From Cereibacter sphaeroides 2.4.1 (GTDB taxonomy: Bacteria > Pseudomonadota > Alphaproteobacteria > Rhodobacterales > Rhodobacteraceae): DNA of 32,000 nt. The position numbers and the translations under genes are program-made. The stretch spans positions 720,001-752,000 of the forward strand of contig NC_007493.2 of the NCBI RefSeq assembly GCF_000012905.2, written 5' to 3'. Every line of letters starts with the position of its first letter. The stretch's first letter is position 1. Positions 8,849 through 16,419 of the stretch are shown here, in pieces. The notes under the pieces are model-generated. The model was not told the DNA's origin, did no database searches, and saw nothing but the letters and a program-made list of their open reading frames with translations.

Positions 8849-10612
8849 ATGCAGGACACGGGCTTTCAGAATGACGCGCCGGTGCCGCCGCCGGGTCACG
8901 GCCGGCGGGTGAAGATCGCCGTCGTGGCCATCATCGTGGTGGCCGTGGCGGTGGTCCTCGTCACCAACCGCTGGATGAGCGAGCGCTTCACCGAGAGCAC
9001 GCGCTCGCGCGCCGAGCTGCGTCTCGCGCTCTATTCGGGCAACATGCTGACCGAGCTGCAGCGGACCTCCGTCGTGCCGCTCCTTCTCGCCCGCGATCCC
9101 TCGCTGATCGGGGCGCTCGGCTCGGGCGACTTCTCGACCACGTCGCAGCGGCTGATCTCGTTCCAGACCGAGATCGGCGCCGCCTCGATCATGCTGCTGG
9201 ACCGCGACGGCCGCACGGTGGGCGCCACCAACCGCAACCTGATCGGCACCAACCACCGCAGCCAGCCCTATTTCATCGATGCGCAGCGCGCCCGCGACAC
9301 GGTCTTCACCGCGGCGCAGCGCGACGCGGGCATCTTCGACTTCACCTATTCCAAGGCGATCCTCTCGGACAACCGGCTGGTGGGGGTGATCGTGGTGGCG
9401 GTCGATCTGATGAAATACGAGCGCGCCTGGGCCGGGCTGCAGGATGCCGTGATGGTGACCGACAGCACCGGCACCGTGATCCTCGCCACCGAGCCGCGCT
9501 GGCGCGGCCTCACGATCAAGGAGGCGCTCGCCGCCCGCGATGCGCCCTCGGCGATCCGGCGCGCCCTTCAGGCGACCGCCGACTGGGCGCAGCAGCCGCC
9601 CGACGCCTATCTGAAGGGCGAGGCGGTCATGAAGACCGACGCCCGCGTGCCCTTCCGTGGCTGGCGCATCGTGACCTTCACCGCCTACGATTCCGTGCGC
9701 GAGCGGGTGAACGGCATCCTCGCGCTCGAGATCATGGGCTTTGCGATCCTGCTCGCCCTGACCTTCTATGTCCTGTCGCGCCGCGCCTGGTCGCAGAGCA
9801 TGTCCTTCCAGCGCGAGTCGGCGGAACTGCGCCTGCTCAACGCGCGTTTGCAGCGCGAAATCGCCGAGCGCGAAAAGGTGCAGAAGGACCTCGCCGTGGC
9901 GGAACTGACCCTCGCGCAGTCCTCGAAGCTCGCGGCTCTGGGCGAGATGTCGGCCGCGGTGAGCCACGAGCTGAACCAGCCGCTCGCCGCCATGAAGACC
10001 TATCTGGCGGGGGCCAAGCTGCTTCTCCAGCGGCGGCGGACCGAGGAGGCGCTGGCCTCCTTCCAGCGCATCGACGATCTGATCGAGCGCATGGGCGCCA
10101 TCACGCGCCAGCTCAAGTCCTATGCCCGCAAGGGCGGCGAGGCCTTCGAGCCGGTGGACATGCGCCTCTGCGTCTCCTCGGCGCTCACGATGATGGAGCC
10201 GCAGCTGAAGATCCGCGTGGTCCGCATCACCCGCACCCTGCCGCGTCAGCCGGTGATGGTGATGGCCGACCGGCTCCGGCTCGAGCAGGTCATCATCAAC
10301 CTCCTGCGCAATGCGCTGGACGCGACGAAGATCGTGCCCTCGCCGCAGATCGACCTCGTGCTGGCCGCGGGCGAGACCGCGACGCTTACCGTGCGCGACA
10401 ACGGCCACGGGATCGAAGATCTCGACAACCTGTTCGAGCCTTTCTACACCACCAAGAAGCCCGGTGAGGGCGTGGGCCTCGGCCTCGCGATCTCCTCCGG
10501 CATCGTGACGGACCTCGGCGGACGACTGACGGCACGGAACGCCGACGGCGGCGGGGCTGTATTCGAGGTCCAGCTCCCCATATTGGGCGCAGACATAAAA
10601 GCAGCCGAGTGA
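8849..10612 (+). CDS. Sensor histidine kinase, DctB-like (N-terminal TM, periplasmic sensing region, second TM, HisKA, HATPase_c)
   Basis: H-box SHELNQPLAAM, N-box LLRNALDA, G-boxes DNGHGI and GEGVGLGLAIS. Two hydrophobic segments flank a periplasmic region of about 250 aa. Start is uncertain: ATG 8849 is chosen, but TTG 8798 (overlapping the purQ stop) is also open. Confidence 0.88.
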   Translation: MQDTGFQNDAPVPPPGHGRRVKIAVVAIIVVAVAVVLVTNRWMSERFTESTRSRAELRLALYSGNMLTELQRTSVVPLLLARDPSLIGALGSGDFSTTSQRLISFQTEIGAASIMLLDRDGRTVGATNRNLIGTNHRSQPYFIDAQRARDTVFTAAQRDAGIFDFTYSKAILSDNRLVGVIVVAVDLMKYERAWAGLQDAVMVTDSTGTVILATEPRWRGLTIKEALAARDAPSAIRRALQATADWAQQPPDAYLKGEAVMKTDARVPFRGWRIVTFTAYDSVRERVNGILALEIMGFAILLALTFYVLSRRAWSQSMSFQRESAELRLLNARLQREIAEREKVQKDLAVAELTLAQSSKLAALGEMSAAVSHELNQPLAAMKTYLAGAKLLLQRRRTEEALASFQRIDDLIERMGAITRQLKSYARKGGEAFEPVDMRLCVSSALTMMEPQLKIRVVRITRTLPRQPVMVMADRLRLEQVIINLLRNALDATKIVPSPQIDLVLAAGETATLTVRDNGHGIEDLDNLFEPFYTTKKPGEGVGLGLAISSGIVTDLGGRLTARNADGGGAVFEVQLPILGADIKAAE

Positions 10613-10621
10613 GGAAGAGGC

Positions 10622-11950
10622 ATGGCGCGTGCAATGAAGGTGGCGATCGTCGACGACGAGGCCGATATGCGGCAGTCGATCAGCCAGTGGCTTGCGCTCT
10701 CGGGGTTTGACACCGAAACCTATGCGAGCGCCGAGGATGCGCTTAAGGGCCTCAACGCGGACTTTCCGGGCGTTGTCGTCAGCGACATCAAGATGCCCGG
10801 CATGGACGGGATGACGTTCCTCAAGAAGCTGATGAGCATGGATTCGGGCCTGCCCGTGATCCTCATCACCGGCCACGGCGACGTGCCGATGGCGGTCGAG
10901 GCGATGCGGGTGGGGGCCTTCGACTTTCTCGAGAAGCCCTTCAACCCCGACCGGATGACCGAGCTTGCCAAGCGCGCGACCCAGCTGCGCCGGCTCACGC
11001 TCGACAACCGGGCGCTCCGGCGCGAGCTCAGCGACGGCACGGTGCTGATGAAGAAGCTGATCGGCTCGTCGCCGGTGATGGAGCGTCTCCGCGAGGACAT
11101 CCTCGATCTGGGGCAGGCCGACAGCCATGTGCTGATCGACGGCGAGACCGGCACCGGCAAGACGCTGGTCGCCCATGCGCTTCATGCGGTGGGGGCACGG
11201 GCCGGGCGCAAGTTCGTCACTATCTCCTGCGCCGCCTGGTCCGAGGATCAGCTGTCGTCGAAACTGTTCGGCCCGGCCGAGGACGGCTCGCTGCCCCTCG
11301 TCGAGGAGGCCCGCGGCGGCACGCTCTGCCTCGAGGATATCGAGTCGCTGTCTCACCCGCTCCAGTCGCGGCTTCTGACCGTGATCAATGAGCAGGGCAC
11401 GCCGCCAGAGACCCGGATCATCGCCATCTGCAACGAGCACGCCCCCGACACCACGCTCGAGAACGTGCTGCGCTCGGATCTCTATTACCGGCTCGGTGCC
11501 ATGACCATCGTGCTGCCGCCGCTCAGGACCCGCGGCGAGGATATCCTCACGCTCTTCACCCGCATGTCCGAGCAGTTCGCCGAGGAATACGGCTGCGAGG
11601 CGCCGCAGGTGACGGCGCAGGAGGCGGCCCAGCTGCTTCAGGCGCCCTGGCCCGGCAATGTCCGCCAGCTCGTCAACATCGCCGAGCGGGCCGTGCTGCA
11701 GAATCGCCGCGGCTCGGGCTCGATTGCCTCGCTGCTGATGGCGGACAACGAGGCATCGGGGCCCGCGCTCACCACCGAGGGCAAGCCGCTCAAGGACTAT
11801 GTCGAGGCCTTCGAGCGGATGCTGATCGACAATACGATGCGCCGCCACAAGGGCTCCATCGTGGCCGTGATGGAAGAGCTGTGCCTGCCGCGCCGGACGC
11901 TGAACGAGAAGATGGCGAAATACGGCCTCAGCCGTGCCGACTACGTCTGA
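10622..11950 (+). CDS. NtrC/DctD-family response regulator (REC + AAA+ + Fis-type HTH) lacking the GAFTGA sigma-54 contact loop, 442 aa
   Basis: REC domain (VVVSDIKMPGMDG), Walker A GETGTGKT, arginine-finger region DLYYRL...LPPLRTRGEDI, WPGNVRQL, and C-terminal HTH (LCLPRRTLNEKMAKYGL). Good SD GAGGAAGAGG upstream. Confidence 0.9.
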   Translation: MARAMKVAIVDDEADMRQSISQWLALSGFDTETYASAEDALKGLNADFPGVVVSDIKMPGMDGMTFLKKLMSMDSGLPVILITGHGDVPMAVEAMRVGAFDFLEKPFNPDRMTELAKRATQLRRLTLDNRALRRELSDGTVLMKKLIGSSPVMERLREDILDLGQADSHVLIDGETGTGKTLVAHALHAVGARAGRKFVTISCAAWSEDQLSSKLFGPAEDGSLPLVEEARGGTLCLEDIESLSHPLQSRLLTVINEQGTPPETRIIAICNEHAPDTTLENVLRSDLYYRLGAMTIVLPPLRTRGEDILTLFTRMSEQFAEEYGCEAPQVTAQEAAQLLQAPWPGNVRQLVNIAERAVLQNRRGSGSIASLLMADNEASGPALTTEGKPLKDYVEAFERMLIDNTMRRHKGSIVAVMEELCLPRRTLNEKMAKYGLSRADYV

Positions 11951-11983
11951 TCCGAAGCACTTCCGAGACAGCTTGCCAACGGT

Positions 11984-12008
11984 TCAGGGTCGGCCCCGCC
12001 GACCCTGA
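11984..12008 (+). terminator. Hairpin downstream of the response-regulator gene (possible terminator; no U-tract)
   Basis: T-CAGGGTCGG-CCCCG-CCGACCCTG-A. Perfect 9-10 bp stem, 34 nt after the stop codon. Followed by GC-rich sequence, not a T-run. Confidence 0.45.
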
Positions 12009-12456
12009 CCGGCGCGTCGCAGGGCGCGCTCGACCTGCGGTTGCAGGCGGTCGGGCAAAAATAGGCCATTGTCTTTTGCCCGTTCCTGCCGCTAATGTCG
12101 CACCTACGCAAGCCCCCGGCTATCGGCAGGAGTTTGCGCACCAGTTTCTCTGCCGTGCGCGCCATTCGGACGAGGCGTCCGAAGCGCGGCCTCAGCAGAC
12201 AGTCGGACCGAAAGGTCCCCACGATCGCCCGCCAAGTCCCTGACGGATCGGGCCAGTACAATGGACGCCCCGGCGTCCCGGGATATAGAACCGCGATGAG
12301 CCGCGCCGACCGACTGCCAGATTGCGCGAGGGGCCCATGGGGCTCCGCGCGCTCTGGCCCCCGGCGCAGCTTCGCCCGAACAAGCCACCACGCACAGCGG
12401 ATACCGGCCGGAGCTTGCTCCGGCCAAAGCCCGTTGTCCGGGTGCCATGGAATCAA

Positions 12457-15267
12457 ATGGCCAAGAAAATGCTTATCGATGCCACCCACCCGGAGGAGAC
12501 CCGGGTCGTGGTGGTGGACGGAAACAAGGTCGAGGAGTTCGACTTCGAGACCGTCAACAAGCGGCAGCTCGCCGGCAACATCTATCTCGCCAAGGTAACG
12601 CGCGTCGAGCCGTCGCTGCAGGCGGCCTTCGTCGATTACGGCGGCAACCGGCACGGCTTCCTCGCCTTCGCCGAGATCCACCCCGACTATTACCAGATCC
12701 CGGTCGCCGACCGTAAGGCGCTGCTCGAGGAAGAGCGGGCCTATGCGCGGGCGGAAGATGACGAGGACCACGGCCGCTCGCGCCGCCGGTCCCGCCCCGC
12801 TCCGGCCGCCGCGGCCTCGGGCGATGCGGTCCAGTCCGGCGATGTGGCGGGCATGGATGTCGTCGATCTGGGCGAGGAGACGGGTGCCGACGCGCTCTAC
12901 GAGACCGATGGCTCCGACGCGGGTGCCGCCGACAGCGGCCAGCCCGAGGCGCCGGATGCGGACGAAAAGCCCTACCGGGCGATGGACCATGCCTCGGATG
13001 GCGACGACGAGATCGAATCCGTGGCCGACGAGGATGTGGCCGAGGAGATCCCTGCGCCCAGGAAGCCCCGCTCGCGCCGCTACAAGATCCAGGAAGTCAT
13101 CAAGGTGCGCCAGATCATGCTGGTGCAGGTCGTCAAGGAAGAGCGCGGCAACAAGGGCGCGGCGCTGACCACCTATCTCAGCCTCGCCGGGCGCTACTGC
13201 GTGCTGATGCCCAACACCGCGCGCGGCGGCGGGATCTCGCGCAAGATCACCCAGGCCGCCGACCGCAAGAAGCTGAAGGAGATCGCCTCCGAGCTCGAAG
13301 TGCCGGAAGGCGCGGGCCTCATCATCCGCACCGCCGGCGCCAAGCGCACCAAGCAGGAGATCCGGCGCGACTACGAATATCTCCTCCGCCTCTGGGAGCA
13401 GATCCGCGACCTCACTCTGAAGTCGGTCGCGCCCGCGCCGATCTACGAGGAGGGCGACCTCATCAAGCGCACGATCCGCGACCTCTTCAACCGCGAGATC
13501 GAGGAAGTGCTGGTCGAGGGCGAGACGGGCTACCGCACCGCCAAGGACTTCATGCGGATGATCATGCCGGCCCACGCCCGGCAGGTGATCCGCTACGATG
13601 AGCCGATGCCGCTCTTCGCGCGCTATCAGGTGGAAAGCTACCTCTCGGGCATGTTCAACCCGGTGGTCCAGCTGAAATCCGGCGGCTACATCGTCATCGG
13701 TGTGACCGAGGCGCTGGTCGCCATCGACGTGAACTCCGGCCGGGCCACCAAGGAAGGCTCGATCGAGGAGACCGCGCTCAAGACGAACCTCGAGGCCGCC
13801 GAAGAGGTGGCGCGCCAGCTGCGGCTGCGCGACCTCGCCGGTCTGATCGTCATCGACTTCATCGACATGGAAGAGCGCAAGAACAACGCCGCCGTCGAGA
13901 AGCGCCTGAAGGACAAGCTGAAGACCGACCGCGCCCGGATCCAAGTCGGCCGCATCTCGGGCTTCGGCCTGATGGAGATGAGCCGCCAGCGCCTCCGTCC
14001 GGGAATGCTCGAATCGACCACCCAGCCCTGCGCCCACTGCCACGGCACGGGTCTGATCCGGTCGGACGACAGCCTCGCGCTTCAGGTCCTGCGCCAGCTC
14101 GAGGAAGAGGGCACCCGCAAGCGCTCGAAGGAAGTGCTTCTTCGCGCACCGATTGCGGTTGTCAACTTCCTGATGAACAGCAAGCGCGAGCATATCGCCA
14201 TGATCGAGGCGCGCTACGGCATGGCCGTGCGTGTCGAGGCCGATCCCTCGCTCTCGAGCCCCGATTATGTGATCGAGAAGTTCAAGACCGCGACCCGTGT
14301 GGTGCCGGAAGCCGTGAAGGTGATCTCGGGCAGCGCCGATCTGATGGGTGCGCCGGTGGACGAGCCCGAGGACGACTGGGTCGAGGAAGAGCCCGAGATC
14401 GTCGAGGAGGCCGAGGAGGTCGCGGACGCGGCCGAGGCGGCGCCCTCGGAGGGGCAGCCGAAGAAGAAGCGCCGTCGTCGGCGGCGGCGTCGGAACGGCG
14501 TGAACGGCGCCAACGGCTCCGACGCGCAGGAGAACGGCGACGAGGGCGACGAGTCGGACGAGGATGAGGGCGATGCCGCCGACGAGCCGGAGGCCGTCGA
14601 AGCCGCCGCCGCCGTCCCGGAGCTGGCGCCCGAGGCCGTCGTGAGCGCGCCCGAGCCGGCCGCGGCCGAGCCGGAGCCGACCCCCGCCGATCCGGTGGCC
14701 GCACCGGCCGCCGAGGAGCCCGCGGCCCCGCGCAAGCGCACCCGGACGCGGAAGCCGAAGGTGACGGAGGAGGCTCCGGCCGAAGCCGCCGCGGAGGCGC
14801 CCGCGGAGGCGCCCGCTGCTGAAGCGCCCGCCAAGGAGGCGAAGAAGCCGCGCACCCGCACGAGCCGCAGCCGCAAGACGGCCGCCGCAGCCGAGGCCGT
14901 TCCCGCGGTCGAGGTGGCCGTGACGGTCGACGAGACGCCGGCGGAAGCCTCGCTTGAAATCGCCCGGACGACCGAGGCGGCCCCGGAGACGACGCCGAGG
15001 CGCCCGCCGCCGAAGCCCCCGCCGCCGAAGCGCCTGTGGCCGAAACGCCTGCGCCGCAGCCCGAGCCGGTGGCCGAGGAGGCGGGCGAGGGCGAGGACAA
15101 CAAGCCCAAGCGCCGCGGCTGGTGGTCGATCGGCCGCTGATCTCCAGAGATTGACACAGGGGCGCCTCCGGGCGCCCCTGTTCGTTCCCGCAGGAGCCGA
15201 TGGGAGGCTCGCGCGGTGGCCGACCGCCCGAGCAGGCGGGATTCCGGGGCTTCGCGACCTGCGGTGA
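12457..15267 (+). CDS. rne: Ribonuclease E. The literal uninterrupted ORF is given. The authentic C-terminus is probably in the -1 frame ending at 15140 (see finding).
   Basis: MAKKMLIDATHPEETRVVVVDGNKVEEFDFE...NIYLAKVTRVEPSLQAAFVDYGG (S1 domain), catalytic region DVNSGRAT, LIVIDFIDM, Zn-link CxxC (CAHCHGTG), then a long acidic/Arg-rich/Ala-Pro-Glu-rich tail. ATG at 12457. Confidence 0.92.
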   Translation: MAKKMLIDATHPEETRVVVVDGNKVEEFDFETVNKRQLAGNIYLAKVTRVEPSLQAAFVDYGGNRHGFLAFAEIHPDYYQIPVADRKALLEEERAYARAEDDEDHGRSRRRSRPAPAAAASGDAVQSGDVAGMDVVDLGEETGADALYETDGSDAGAADSGQPEAPDADEKPYRAMDHASDGDDEIESVADEDVAEEIPAPRKPRSRRYKIQEVIKVRQIMLVQVVKEERGNKGAALTTYLSLAGRYCVLMPNTARGGGISRKITQAADRKKLKEIASELEVPEGAGLIIRTAGAKRTKQEIRRDYEYLLRLWEQIRDLTLKSVAPAPIYEEGDLIKRTIRDLFNREIEEVLVEGETGYRTAKDFMRMIMPAHARQVIRYDEPMPLFARYQVESYLSGMFNPVVQLKSGGYIVIGVTEALVAIDVNSGRATKEGSIEETALKTNLEAAEEVARQLRLRDLAGLIVIDFIDMEERKNNAAVEKRLKDKLKTDRARIQVGRISGFGLMEMSRQRLRPGMLESTTQPCAHCHGTGLIRSDDSLALQVLRQLEEEGTRKRSKEVLLRAPIAVVNFLMNSKREHIAMIEARYGMAVRVEADPSLSSPDYVIEKFKTATRVVPEAVKVISGSADLMGAPVDEPEDDWVEEEPEIVEEAEEVADAAEAAPSEGQPKKKRRRRRRRRNGVNGANGSDAQENGDEGDESDEDEGDAADEPEAVEAAAAVPELAPEAVVSAPEPAAAEPEPTPADPVAAPAAEEPAAPRKRTRTRKPKVTEEAPAEAAAEAPAEAPAAEAPAKEAKKPRTRTSRSRKTAAAAEAVPAVEVAVTVDETPAEASLEIARTTEAAPETTPRRPPPKPPPPKRLWPKRLRRSPSRWPRRRARARTTSPSAAAGGRSAADLQRLTQGRLRAPLFVPAGADGRLARWPTARAGGIPGLRDLR
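15156..15186 (+). terminator. Intrinsic terminator downstream of rne
   Basis: ACAGGGGCGCC-TCCG-GGCGCCCCTGT. 11-bp stem with a C(UCCG)G UNCG-type tetraloop, followed by TCGTTCC. Lies 16 nt after the TGA at 15138-15140. Confidence 0.75.
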
Positions 15268-15275
15268 TTGGCGGC

Positions 15276-15503
15276 TCAGCCGCGGCGGATGAGCCAGACG
15301 CTCTCGGCGCCCTCCCGGTCGCAGGACAGAACCTCGTGCCCGGCCTCGGCGCAGAAATGCGGCAGGTCGATCACCGCCATCGGGTCGGTCGCCGTCACCC
15401 GCAGCACCCGGCCCGGCGCCATCGCCATCAGCCGCTTGCGGGCGCGCAGGACGGGCAGGGGGCAGAGCAGCCCCGCGCAGTCGAGATCCTCGTCGAACTC
15501 CAT
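15276..15503 (-). CDS. TusA/SirA-family sulfurtransferase-like protein, 75 aa
   Basis: MEFDEDLDCAGLLCPLPVLRARKRL... carries the CPxP active-site motif of the TusA/SirA family. ATG at 15503 with a GGAG SD. The rest of track ORF 15276..16265 is antisense to ccdA and rejected. Confidence 0.85.
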   Translation of the reverse strand: MEFDEDLDCAGLLCPLPVLRARKRLMAMAPGRVLRVTATDPMAVIDLPHFCAEAGHEVLSCDREGAESVWLIRRG

Positions 15504-15647
15504 CGCCGTCTCCAGAGGTTGCGCCGGATCAACGCGGGCGGCCCGGTTCCGCGCGATACGCCGGGGGCCGATCCACGTCAATGTGAGACGCGCCCTCGTG
15601 ACGGGGCGGCGCCGAGCGGCTAGGAGAGGGACAAAGAGGGAGCCAAG

Positions 15648-16394
15648 ATGTTCGGACTGGACCTGATCGACGCAGGGCTGCTGCCGGCGATGCTGATCGC
15701 GCTGGTGGCGGGGGTGCTCTCCTTCCTCAGCCCCTGCGTGCTGCCCATCGTGCCGCCCTACCTCGCCTACATGGGCGGCATCTCGATGAAGGAGCTCAAT
15801 CAGGGCGCCCGGCGCGGCCCGCTGATGGCCGCGCTCTTCTTCGTGCTGGGCCTCTCGACGGTCTTCCTGTTCCTCGGCTTCACCGCTTCGGCCTTCGGCG
15901 CCTTCTTCCTGTCCAATGCAGAAACCTTCGCCACGCTCGCGGGCGTCATCGTCATGGCCTTCGGGGCGCATTTCGTGGGGGTCTACCGGATTCCCTTCCT
16001 CGACCGCGAGATGCGGATGGATGCGGGCGACCGCGGCGGCTCGGCCTTCGGTGCCTACGTGCTGGGCCTCGCCTTCGCCTTCGGCTGGACGCCCTGCATC
16101 GGCCCGCAGCTGGGCGCGATCCTGACGCTCGCCGCCTCCGAGGCGAGCATCGCGCGCGGCACCACGCTGCTCGCCATCTATGCCGCAGGCCTCGGCATCC
16201 CCTTCCTGCTCGTCGCGGCCTTCTTTCCGCGGCTCACCGGCGTCATGGGCTGGATGAAGCGCCATATGGAGCGGATCGAGCGCATCATGGGGCTGCTGCT
16301 CTGGACCATCGGCCTTCTCATGCTGACGGGCGGCTTCTCGAGCTTCTCCTACTGGCTGCTCGAGACCTTCCCGGCGCTGGCCCGGCTGGGGTAA
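15648..16394 (+). CDS. ccdA: Cytochrome c biogenesis thiol-disulfide transporter CcdA (DsbD-family membrane core), 248 aa
   Basis: Polytopic membrane protein with the two conserved Cys motifs (FLSPCVLPIVPPY and GWTPCIGPQLG) typical of CcdA/DsbD-beta. SD GAGGGAG upstream. Confidence 0.9.
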   Translation: MFGLDLIDAGLLPAMLIALVAGVLSFLSPCVLPIVPPYLAYMGGISMKELNQGARRGPLMAALFFVLGLSTVFLFLGFTASAFGAFFLSNAETFATLAGVIVMAFGAHFVGVYRIPFLDREMRMDAGDRGGSAFGAYVLGLAFAFGWTPCIGPQLGAILTLAASEASIARGTTLLAIYAAGLGIPFLLVAAFFPRLTGVMGWMKRHMERIERIMGLLLWTIGLLMLTGGFSSFSYWLLETFPALARLG

Positions 16395-16419
16395 TCTGCT
16401 CCTGTCGTGACGGGAGCGG

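Noticed and set aside
8630-11848. 1072-aa ORF on the minus strand
   Set aside because: It is antisense to the clearly homologous histidine kinase and response-regulator genes. The translation is Arg/Gly/Ala/Pro-rich with no motifs. This is a typical GC-rich shadow ORF.
12262-12300. Possible fourth, degenerate copy of the intergenic element in the rne leader (hairpin GGACGCC-CC-GGCGTCC followed by CGGGATATAGAACCGCGATGAGCC)
   Set aside because: It shares only GGATAT, AACC and ATGA blocks with the core (about 60% identity with a gap). That is too weak to call without a genome-wide model, so it is noted only as a lead.
11941-14193. 750-aa ORF on the minus strand and several 90-290-aa ORFs within 12100-15160
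   Set aside because: They are antisense or alternate-frame products of rne and its leader. The Ala/Ser/Gly/Arg-rich translations mirror the GCC/GAG-rich RNase E tail.
14380-14900. Repetitive GAGGC/GCCGC-rich DNA and a run of eight Arg codons that could be mistaken for tandem repeats or an array
   Set aside because: It is in-frame low-complexity coding sequence of the RNase E C-terminal scaffold (acidic, Arg-rich and AEAP-type segments). There is no spacer/repeat periodicity.
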